From positions 2,790,001-2,854,000 of the forward strand of contig JBHGNT010000012.1 in assembly GCA_043228905.1 (NCBI GenBank): a DNA stretch of 64,000 bases, read 5' to 3'. The stretch comes from Azolla caroliniana (taxonomy: Eukaryota > Plantae > Polypodiophyta). Positions 39,401 to 50,127 of this stretch are shown one piece after another. Each line of letters opens with the position of its first letter. The first letter of the stretch is position 1. The notes beneath the pieces are model-generated. The model saw only the letters and a program-made list of their open reading frames with translations. It searched no databases and was not told the origin of the DNA. Both the position numbers and the translations under genes were made by a program.

Positions 39401-42400
39401 AGCAGGTTGGAACTAGAATAAAATGCTTAAGATCTGATGGAGGAGAGTACTTCTCAAATGAATTTTTTGATTTTCTATGCAATCAAGGAATAAGAAGATA
39501 GTTCACATGTAGATATACTCCACATCAAAATGGAGTTGCTCAGAGGAAAAACAGAACTCTGTTGAACATAGCAAGAGCCATGATGACAGAAAAAAATATG
39601 CCATTGTATTACTGGGCAGAAGCTGTAAACACAGCAAATTATATTCTAAATAGATGTATAACATCTGGAGTGCATGAAGTAACTCATGAAGAATGTTTCT
39701 ATGAAAGGAAGCCTAGTTTAGAACACTTAAAAGTGTTTGGATGCCTTGCTTATGTTCATGTCCTTGCTGAAGTGAGAAGTAAGCTTGATCCAAAAGCTGA
39801 AAAATGTATTTTTGCTGGATATTCAAAGGAGCAAAAAAGGTATAGATGCTATAACCTTGTGACAAAAAAGATTGTGGTAAGTTGGGATGTAATATTTGAT
39901 GAGTTGGGCAGCTGGTACAACCCAAAACAAAATGTAGAAACAGATGAAGACTATGAAAATGAAGACATGGAAAAATCTGAAAATGGAAGAGATTGCCATG
40001 GAGATGGAAGCAATGTTGGACAACAAAGTTCAACATCAATGGAATGTATTGGACCATTTGGAAGCTCAGGTAGTAAATTTGAATCTAATGCATGGAGTGG
40101 AAAAAATGCAAGACACAAAAAATACGATGATAAAAAGGGAAAACAGAAGATGCCAGAGTATGAAATGCTTGATGATGGATCTAGAAATATGGAAGATGTA
40201 GATTCAGATACATCATTGGATGATGAGCTTGGTATAGGATCCCTGAAAATCCCTGGTATGGAAAGGGCAATGAAGGATGCAAATCAGAAACTGAGAAGAT
40301 CAGATAGAGAGAAAAAGATTGTTGAAAGATTTGGTTATGACACATATATGGCTATGCATTATGTATACATGTCTAAAGTGGTACAAATCCCTGATCCAAA
40401 TAGCTTTGATGAATCAAAAGCTAAGAAAAAATGGGTGAATGCAATGCAAGAAGAAATAGATGCATTGGCTGAAAACAGAACATGGGATTTGGTAAAGTTA
40501 CTGAAAGAAAAAACTGTTGTAGGTTGCAAATGGGTCTACAAGACAAAGCATGATTCCAATGGAAATATTAGTAGACATAAAGCAAGACTTGTTGCAAAGG
40601 GATATGCCCAGATGCAAGGAATTGATTATGATGAAACATTTGCACCGATTGCAAAGATGGCAACATTGAGAACACTACTAGCTGTGAGTGCAGCCAAAAG
40701 ATGGGTTTTGCACCATATGGATGTAAAAAATGCTTTTTTACATGGTAACTTGGAAGAGGAAGTATACATGTGTCAACCACCAGGTTTTGAAGATAAGAAG
40801 CATCCAGAATATGTATGCAGGCTGAAAAAGGTTCTCTATGGACTGAAACAAGCACCGAGAGCATGGCATAAAGAACTTTCAGAATCTCTGAAAAAATTTG
40901 CTTTCAAAATGTCAAGGGCTAATCCATCATTATATGTAAAAAGTATAAATGATTGCATTGTTGCGATTTTGATTTATGTAGATGATTTAATAATCAGAGG
41001 TGATTCTATGGATGAAATAAGGAAGCTGAAAAAAAATCTTGAAATGCAATTTCATATCAAGGATTTGGGAGAGTTGAGATACTTTCTTGGCATTGAGATG
41101 ATCAGATCTAAAAGTGGTATATATATGTTGCAAAAACAATATGCAACAACTATGTTGAAGAAGTATGGTATGCTTGGATGCAAACCTATTGGTGTACCAC
41201 TAGATAAGAACTGCAAATTGAGGGCTGATTTGGGAGCCAAAATAGAAGATGTAAACATGTACAGGTCTATGGTGGGCAGCCTCATATATTTGACTATAAC
41301 AAGACTTGATTTGAGTTATGCTGTTGGATTAGTTAGCCAGTTTATGCAACAGCCAACAAAGCCACATTTGGACTGCATAAGAAGAATTTTGAGGTATGTA
41401 AAAGCTACTCAAAATTATGGACTGTTTTACAGGGCTGATTTGGACATAAAGCTGGAAAGATATATAGATGCTGATTAGGTTGGAAGCCAAACTGACAGAA
41501 GATCCACAAGTGGATACATGTTTACATTGGGAAGTGCAACTATTTCATGGAGTAGCAAAAAACAAGCTATTGTTGCACTATCAAGTACTAAAGCTGAATA
41601 TAGAGGAGCTGAAATAGCTACATGTGAAGAGGTATGGATCAAAAGATTTCTTTCTGATTTGGGAGAATTTATAGATGGTGCTGTCACAATTTGGTGTGAT
41701 AATATGAGCAACATTCAGCTGGCAAAAAACCCAGTGTTCCAGGCAAGAACAAAGCACATTGAAGTGCATTATCACTTTGTTAGAGAAAAAGTGATCGATG
41801 GAGAAGTGGATCTGCTGTATGTAAGTACAAATCAACAAGTGACTGATATTCTTACGAAGGGATTGAGCATGGAAAAACATACACAATTTAGAGACATGAT
41901 GGGAATTATAACCATCGGCATGGTAGTTGAAAAGCATGAAGAAAAGAAGATTGAACATGATCCAAAGAAAGGAAAAGTTGAGCTTGAGGGGGGGTGTTGA
42001 GAAGCAAGCTCAACAAAGGTATGTGATGCTTATTGAGAAATAAGCTATAGTAGCTATTAGCTAATTAGCTACTAGTGGACATAGAGGTGAAACAACTATT
42101 TACCTATGCACAACTATTTAGCTACAGACAGCTAATTAGCTATTGGCAGCTAATTAGTTGCATATATAAGTCACTTATAACTTAGGTAAAAAGTAAGTGT
42201 AGTAAGTAGAGAAGTGTAGAAGAGTGAGAGTAGTGCAGAGAGTTGTAAGAACAGAAAACAGAAAACTGACGAGAGCAAGTTGAGCTTTACATGAAATGGA
42301 ATAGAAGCTTTTTGGTTTGCTACACAGAGGTAAGTCTCCTTCCCCTTCCCCTTTTTTTCTTGAGTACTAACGATCCAGTACATCACGATTCATTGTGCAC

Positions 42401-42428
42401 ATAGAAGAGTTGTAGTGCCTTCGTAACA
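36419..42428 (+). mobile_element. Copia LTR retrotransposon B, full length but frameshifted, TSD AAGAT
   Basis: 5' LTR 36419-37489 (interrupted by a solo LTR); PBS TGGTATTAGAGC 37490-37501; gag from about 37630; WYVDSGASNHM protease; HTDVWGP/RSDGGEY integrase; YVDDL RT; WCDN...KHIEV RNase H; G-rich PPT before the 3' LTR at 41995-42428. AAGAT at 36414-36418 and 42429-42433. Confidence 0.95.
36447..37095 (+). mobile_element. Solo LTR related to the Copia C LTR, inserted in the 5' LTR of Copia B
   Basis: Absent from the 3' LTR of B and flanked by GGTAT/GGTGT. Starts TGTTAGGAAACAGGTCCCTCCGGATGGGAAG, closely matching the reverse complement of the 54908 end of the Copia C LTR. Confidence 0.9.
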
Positions 42429-42850
42429 AAGATAAAGTTTCGTAAAATATCGAGCTCCTTGGAGAGGTCAATCAAATCGTCTGCTCGAGGCAATGGATAT
42501 GAATTCTTGATCGTCACTTTATTCAAGCGTCCGTAATTAATACACATACGCAATGTGCTCTCTTTCTTTTTTACGAAGAGAATTGGTGCACCCCATGGAG
42601 ATTTACTATAACATATATAACCCATTCATATATAGTCCTTGCATTGCTTAGATACCTCATCCTCTTCGGATCGACTTAAGCGATATGGAGGTATACTTAT
42701 TGGTGCAACACCAGGTACAATAGCTATACGATGGTTTATATTAAGTTTAGGAGGTAACCCATGTGGTAGTTCACTCGAAAAAACATCATGAAAATCATTT
42801 AAGATTTCATCGAGTTGTTGTTCAAAATATGATAAATGACTCGAGATCCT

Positions 42851-42858
<8 letters not shown>

Positions 42859-42914
<56 letters not shown>

Positions 42915-43539
42915 TCCAAAATGAAGCTACTTTCCCATTAGTTAGGAAGGATTATTACAAAGAGAATGCACAAGGAGGCTTATACATAGATCGGGGAATC
43001 TCCCTCGGATCAAGTTCAAGAAAATGAGACTAGTTACATAGCCTTTCGGACTGACTACTTAATGTAAGTACCTATAGCTAAAAACGGTGCCCTTCAGTGT
43101 TAGCTAGTACGAGACAACTCCTGGGGCCTACGACAAAGGGAGGGTGGTAAGTGAGTCGGAAACAACCAGCGTGGGGGCTGGTAGTTCCACCTCGGGCCAC
43201 TCCCTCCTTGTGTCACCATAGGCGTGTTCCGCCATTTCTGCCAAAAGCACAAATGGGCAGTGACCACGTCATTGGAATGGCTGCAAACCTCGTCCAATTG
43301 CCCTCGTAGGCAGCTGATAAGCGCAAACCATATGTCCATGATCACTTCCTTCGGTGGCCACACCAGATCTTGAAAGACCTTTAGGCAACGCCCTTTCAAT
43401 ACATACCACAGGGTGAAGCCTGCGATCAACATCCAAATTTCCGGGAACCTAGGGGATGCGGATTGCAAGCCTCTCTCAAAATGAATCTTGGCGATTTTGA
43501 CCCTATCGATTTTGACCCTATCAATCAAGTGATTTTGAC
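42859..43539 (-). mobile_element. 5'-truncated LINE with a (TA)n tail and probable 11-bp TSD CCTATCGATAT
   Basis: ORF 43100-43528 reads FTLWYVLKGRCLKVF...IWFALISCLRGQLD...WNYQPPRWLFP. TSD copies at 42848-42858 and 43540-43550. Confidence 0.8.
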
Positions 43540-44169
43540 CCTATCGATATTATAAACGTAATGCCTCGGATCAAGTACACAATAAAATAAAGAAGAACAA
43601 GACAACTCAGATATTGATGGAGAGGAAACAATCGAAAGTGATTGTTTTTTTACACATGGAATGAAATGAAACCCTGGGTCATTTAGAATAGGTAATATGT
43701 CGCATTCCTTTATTGATAAATACATGAGATGTCAAGAATTACAATTTTTTAACAAACTTTCAAGAATGTATCACACATCCGCACATGACTTTTAAAAACA
43801 TCAATAAAAAACACAGTTAATATTATCAAGATTTCAAATTTAACCTATATTTTCTCAATTCATACATATATTTAGCCATACATTCGCTTGGATTACAAGA
43901 ATGCTTTGAACTATCATTGTAAATATGTTTCATTTTACATAATGTTGAATTTGAATCCAATTGAACAATTTTAGAAACACAAATTTAATGCTATATTTCT
44001 CTCTAACTCCTATAAAGCTTGTTATATTAAATGAGCAAATTGCAATTTTGGGTATAATTAGACCCATATTCACAAGTGAATATCACATTATATACCCCAC
44101 ATGCCCAAAAACTTCTACGAACATTATATCCCAATCATATATGAACAACCTAAATGTAAGATCAAGTGA

Positions 44170-44850
44170 GCAACAAGTGGAAATGCACTTTCTGATTGCT
44201 TTCTATTCAAAGATATCGCACTTGGAAATGCACTAGTGGATATGTATGCCAACTGTGGTTTGAGTATTAAAGCACAAAATGTACTTGATGAGCTTCCACT
44301 CCGAGATATAGTTTCTTGGTTCATATGTATGCTACATGTGGTATGCTTGAGAAAGCAAGAAAAGTATTGGAAGAGCTTCATCTTCGAGATATGTTGGCTT
44401 GGTCAACCCTTATTGTTGGCTATGCTCAACAAGGACAAGCACATGAAGCCCAGAAGTGTCTCAAACACAGGGAAAGTGGGCATATCTCCTGACAACATAA
44501 CATTAGTATGTGTGATGAGTGCATGTGGTCACATTGGGCTCGTAAACGATGCCAAAATGCATTTTCAGATTATGACCACAAAATATTGTATTTCTCCAAA
44601 CTTAGAGCATCTTAATTGCATGGTTGTAGTATTTGGATGTGGGGGGTAATATGATAAGGCTATTTCAGTGCTCAAGGTAATGCCATTTTTTGAGTATTCA
44701 GTCATATGGATTTCACTATTGGGTGCTTCTAGGAAATGGGGAAATGAGAAGCTTTGGAGATTATCTTTGCAATACAACTACATAATAATGGTACGGTGTC
44801 ATATGTTCTCATGACTAATATATTTGGAAGTGTTGGTAACATGATCTGAA
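44170..44850 (+). pseudogene. PLS-class pentatricopeptide repeat (PPR) pseudogene with an E-domain remnant
   Basis: GNALVDMYANCG...LDELPLRDIVSW; GISPDNITLVCVMSACGHIGLV...SPNLEHLNCMV; WISLLGASRKWGN. Contains frameshifts and stops. Confidence 0.9.
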
Positions 44851-45754
44851 TAAAACATTATTCTTGGCGAAAACAAGAATATGAATATGCCATGGATGTT
44901 TATGTCAATGAGCATACTATGGTTGCATATAATGATCATGGATGAATTGATGAATTTGGTGGGTTCTGACAACTCATAAACATGAACATACCATTGATAT
45001 CTATATCAATGAACATGTCATGGATGCTTTTATTGATGAGATTAACAAGGATTTCTATAGCGATGGTGCTTGTATATAAGGGAACCTGAATATGCAACCT
45101 ATGAACATGAATATATCATGGATGTTGATGAGCATGCAATGAAATTTCTGCCCATAATGCAAACATCTAGGGAGACTTGACGTCACAAATCAAGGGTCAT
45201 GAACCCAAGCTCACGGCTTGGAGAAAGCAAGGAATGTACAAAAAACTATGTGTGGTTATTTTATATACTCATCAATTCGGCCATGATGAGAGTACACGCG
45301 AATTTGTTGGTATATTTGTTTATCCAACACAACTTTTGTAGTTCTTATGATTTTATAATACCAAGGCGTATCTTTTTGAAAAAAAGAAAAGAAAAGAAAG
45401 ATCAAGTGAGCAACAACGTTGACTTAATATTATTCTATACACTTGAAACTAAATAACCAAGATTAAAGAGCTCAGAAATCCTAGAATAAAGCTAAATTCA
45501 ATTATATTAATAAAGAAACAATTATAACCAACATTTGTCATACAATTGATAAGTTCATCATCATCTATTCAATAAAAATTATACTTAACAACCACATACT
45601 TTGCGAGTCAAGCAATACAAATATATGATAGACAATTAAAGTTTGCAAATCAATCAGATAGTGTAAAGAAATGGTACTCAAACAAAATAATCTTATATTC
45701 CAAAACAAGTTTAGTATTACAAATTTATAGTTGCAAATACAAACTAATATACAA

Positions 45755-48550
45755 TCACTCCATTAGGAGGTCTGGAACAAGCTGCTCTCCAAGATGAGCT
45801 GATAGTGGTGTTGCATCAACATGTTTTATCTCCTCAACTGAATCTTGTATATGATCAGAACCCGATGCATCTTCAAGGTCGACAAGGTCGCCTCATTCCT
45901 CGTCTATAGGTTCCATCGGCCCTCTAGAGGCCATCTGAAACATCTCTCAGGTTTCGTTGATATGCTTTGCCCCAACCTCTTGATACTGGTCGGGACAATC
46001 CCAGATGCCTTGGATCCTCATCTTAATAAAATTGACTTGGCCAGGGTCCTTTTCTAATGCGACGTAGTTCCTAAACAGTTTAAGAGCACATGCAGTCGTC
46101 GTTCCTAAACAAACAATCACACATACAAAAGTAAGAATACAGGACAAGAAATAATATTTAATTTTTAAAAAAATTGATGAAACTTATGAGATTACTTGTT
46201 CCAAAAAGTAAGCCAATAACCCAATCATGAGGGTTTGAGAACAACTTGACCAATTGATTAATCAATCACTGGGGCTTTTGATAAGGGTTTACTAAACTCT
46301 TATCACGAGACACGTGGCGCAATTTCTTCCTTATAGTTGGGCACATGATATAGTTGACAACGTTCCGCTCATTAACATGTGCCTGAGCCTTCTTCTTAGA
46401 AATTGCGTCGTAGTAGCCCACGCACATGTGCTCCACAACGCTCACCATTCGATTAGCCTGGGTACGAGTTATGTTTGTTTTAACCCTATCGTATAATTGA
46501 ATCGAAACAAGTTAATAAATATGTAGTAAGCAACATAGAATCCATGCATTAAATATATAGTAACATAATGCTTACCAATGCATATGTTCGGTGGCATGGC
46601 ATCTCGACTTCAATGCAGTCGTGACCGATAACGCCTGACCCATATTGTGAAATATAACAATACGCCATAATGGTGCCAGGGTCAGCTCCACAAAGTCCTT
46701 AACCATCTTCTCTATTTGCGGATTTTAGTATGGCATATCGTCGTATGTCGAGCTTGATATTCTGAAGCCATACGGTATATCCGCCACGAGCAATGTATAA
46801 TGTCTCTTGGGTAATATGTCAACCATATTTCCCACATCACCATTATATACACTATAATACAATGGTCGGAAATGATCACTCTTGTGCAAAAAGCTTTTTA
46901 CGGTATTTGAGTCCTCTGGCACCTCGAGCTCCTTTCCTTTTGTCATCCATTTCTCGTATTTAGCTCGTTCCAAATGGGTGATGAAGGCGCTAGGTATGCT
47001 TTCATTGCTGTCATTATTCTTCTTTGAATGAGGTGGTTTCTGTAATTATAAATTTTGTAAGAAGAAACCCAATATCCAAAAATCCATTAATATTTGTAGA
47101 ACATACATACCCATTCTCTAAACACGATAAAGAATTCTTCAAGATCCTTGTAAGGTGATGTTTTTGGGCAAGATTGCTCCACTTCTTCCCACGTAGGTAG
47201 GGACAATTTTTTCATCATCAGCTCTTGAATCTTCATATACACCTTATGGCTAAAAAACAAAAGAAACTAAAATTAGAATAAAGAACAAATCAATAAAGCA
47301 ATCAAATCAAAATGATACATGCACATAGATGACTCACTTTTGAAACTCTGTGACCATTTCGTCAAGGCTAAACTCCTTGGTGGCCACTCTTGATAATACA
47401 GATATCAATAATCTGTCATCCTTAATTCCTTGCAGTGACCGCCAAGGAAGTAGCTTCATATCTTCGACTAACTCTTCAATTACTAAGTCACTTTTACGTG
47501 AGTTAGATTTCAGCTCCACCTATGGGTCGAGCTTAGCCTTCTTTGATTTTTGACCCTTTATTTCATCTCCACTCTAGTTATCTGTCGAATTGTACTTGAA
47601 GTCAGCAATCGTAGGGCATTGATCTAGGTCAACCATTACTAAGAATGGTACTATAGTCGCATGTGGATTAATCTTTATTTTTGCTTTTTAAGTTTTGCGT
47701 ATGCACTGAATGTGGCTCTCTAATTTCTAGGGCTCATCTTCCTATCTCCGGATTGATGGGTGGCCGTTGAATAGAGTAGATTGGTAAGTGAAATAATTGT
47801 CCTTTACGGACAAGCTTCGTCTTTACAATATTTTCTTTGATCCGGTTCTGCTCTGAGGTGAGTATCCTTCATAAAATGTGCCCCCTTGGAGGAAATAACT
47901 TCGAGCTCATCTTCTTCCTCCTAATCTTCTACGAACTCGAGGACCTCCGGCTCGTCCTCTTCTGGTTGCTGCCTTTTCTTGTACTTCTTATGTTCCAATT
48001 TGGACTTCTTGGTAGACTTCGGTGGGGTTGTTGCTGACGTGACCATCAACTCTCCCTTAATGTACGGGCGCAAAGCAACAATCACGTTGTTTTTTGTCTG
48101 AACATCCTTTTTTAGGGCTTTAGGGTGGTAGGATCAGTTATGAAATTACGTTCATCGATCTTGACTTTGCGAAACCCCACCGAGCTATCAACATCGAAGA
48201 AGAGGTTCGATGAGTCGTTTTTGTATAGAATGTTACATAAAAAACTTGAAGAAATAGACCAAAAAACAGCAAAAAATTTGACCAAATCTGACCTATTGAT
48301 CATGAAAAGCCCATTTTCAACGGGAACTCGATGCACTGCATCCACTTCCCGTTGAAAGGGATACACCTCGATTATGGAAGAAAAAAATGAATGAAACAAA
48401 AAAGAATCTTTAAGGAATCTTTTTGAAATCTAAAATGTTGGGTTGGAAAACATACCTGGCAATTTTCGTTCCCTTGTTCATGTTGATGTCAGAGATGTTG
48501 ACTTGACCGGGGAGGCAAAAACTCGATGATTTTGGTTGCTAAGTGCTCAT
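45755..48550 (-). pseudogene. Spliced beta-class amino-DNA-methyltransferase gene (N6_N4_Mtase-like) with a long N-terminal region; inactivated by stops and frameshifts
   Basis: Exons ~47570-47338, 47249-47111, 47039-46576, 46485-46196 and 46104-45755 join in frame through GT-AG introns. They read YNGDVGNMVDILPKRHYTLLVADIPYG...HW|VK...NPYQKPQ*LINQLVKLFSNPHDWVIGLLFGT|RTTTACALKLFRNYVALEKD...IKMRI. A putative first exon lies at 48550-48456 with a TATA-like motif at about 48601-48610; the upstream exons are less certain. Confidence 0.85.
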
Positions 48551-48749
48551 GTGCTCTTCTTCAGCTTGAACGTGATAATGAGAAATAGAAGATGACTTCC
48601 CTTTATATAATTTTTATTTTGTATTTTCAAAAATATTCTTAATTATTTAAAAATAAAAATAAAAAATATGTTTTTGGACATGGTGCTTATTATAGGACCA
48701 AGCTTGTGCCTATTTTGGACATTGTTGTTGTTACTTTGCCTTGAGCAAA

Positions 48750-50127
48750 ATGTCCTTAAAGTCGAGTGAAAATTCTCTGTTTTCTATTAAGCCTATTATA
48801 TTATCTGATAACTCCTTATTCTCAATCGAGGAACATAGCCATGTTAATAATAAAAGGTGCCATGTTAAGACCAACGACGATCAAGAGCAAAGCTCGACGT
48901 CAATTTTTTCGATAGAGCCATTAAACTTAGGTAAAACAAGATATATTAAAGTAGATACAACTCACGTCGAGTCTAGTTTATCGAATGCTAATGAAGACTG
49001 TGTCAATAAGCCTCTAAATTTTCAAAGAGTTCCTCAACAAGTGAGTGTTAAATGATATAATTTTTTGTGTTTGGATTGACAAATTTCAATTGACATATGC
49101 AAGGTATGTTGTGGGAGCCTTTGTCTATCAAAATTTGGAAAGGAAAACTTGTGGGGGTTGTGACAAAAGTATTTGTCTCTCAATGGCGACGAACAAGATA
49201 CATTCTTGATTGCCAATATGCAACTTGTTAAGGACCATCTGGCAGTGTCATGTTCTCATCAGGTGGAATATTACCTTTCATTTACTACGAAGAGTTGTCA
49301 AGTTGCTTTTAAAATTGCTTATAGCATCGGGAACATGAGGCTACAGACAATTCAACATCGATTACTGAAGGGGTGGGGGGTGCCTTTCAACAATAGAAAA
49401 TTTTCATGTAAGGGCCTGATTGGGCGACATGCTGTTAGATGAATGGCTCGATTTATTTCTCAAAGCAATGTGATGTTATGCCCACCACTAGAAGGTTACA
49501 TTTGTCAGATAACTTCACTCGTCGTGAGGTATACCAAGCCTATAAGGATGACATGTTATGGGAAAGTGTACCTTATATACAATATCAACAATTTAATCGT
49601 TTATGGAGATCGACGTTTAACAATGTGGTCATACCCCACAAGGTCTGGATGGGTGTTTGTTCGATCTGCGTGAGTTTAAAAAGCTTGGCAAAGAGTGGGA
49701 CAACAGATGAAGAAATAACAAAATATAAGACTTTATTGAGAGAGCATTGAGAAAGCCAAGAGTTTTGGAAAGATCTAAAGCTATGCACCATCGTCAAAAA
49801 GGGCTTCAATCACCAGAAAGATACATGTGATTGACTATAGATGGAATGGATCAGAAGAAAACTTGTTTGCCACATTTTCGAAGGTTGCCCAAGGATATTG
49901 GAGATGAAGGCCTAGTGGAGATGCACTTAGTAGGATGTCTTTTGTATTGTTAGACAATAAGGCCTCAAGTGTTCTTAACTTATCCAAATATCCACAACGA
50001 CCCTAATCTTATAGTTATAGTCATGCAAAGAGTTCTGCAGAGTTGGCAATGTTTACTCCCACCAGTACTATACGTGCAACTTGACAACACGGCGAGAGAA
50101 AACAAGAACTCAACTATGTTTGGTTAC
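48750..50127 (+). mobile_element. Degenerate DDE transposase gene (DUF7869/Sola-like), 3'-truncated
   Basis: Exon 48750-49040, GTGAGT...AG intron, exon from 49104: CCGSLCL...CQVAFKIAYSIG...CDVMP...FNRLWR...GVCSICVSLK...LTIDGMDQKKTCLPHF (D at 49840)...LPPVLYVQLDNTARENKN (D at 50083). The superfamily label is from motif recall only. Confidence 0.75.

Larger units (their letters stand above)
31530..43725 (-). mobile_element. Host Gypsy pol (protease linker, RT, RNase H) split by three insertions; own sequence at about 43540-43725, 42429-42858, 35684-36418 and 31530-31748
   Basis: Removing the insertions restores ARYFTKLYL|RTGHHQIRI (42429/36418) and joins KKLDFAQC to the ELVAIIHALKSWRHYL segment (35684/31748). 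RT motif FLDDILVYS; RNase H motif VETDARDYAIG. Confidence 0.85.

Noticed and set aside
45130-45460. Left terminal inverted repeat of the MTase-transposase element
   Set aside because: There is no partner end in the window to compare against, so no TIR or TSD can be supported.
45755-48550. Bacterial contamination as the source of the methyltransferase
   Set aside because: The gene has phase-consistent spliceosomal introns, is decayed like its neighbours, and is embedded among plant PPR and retroelement sequences.
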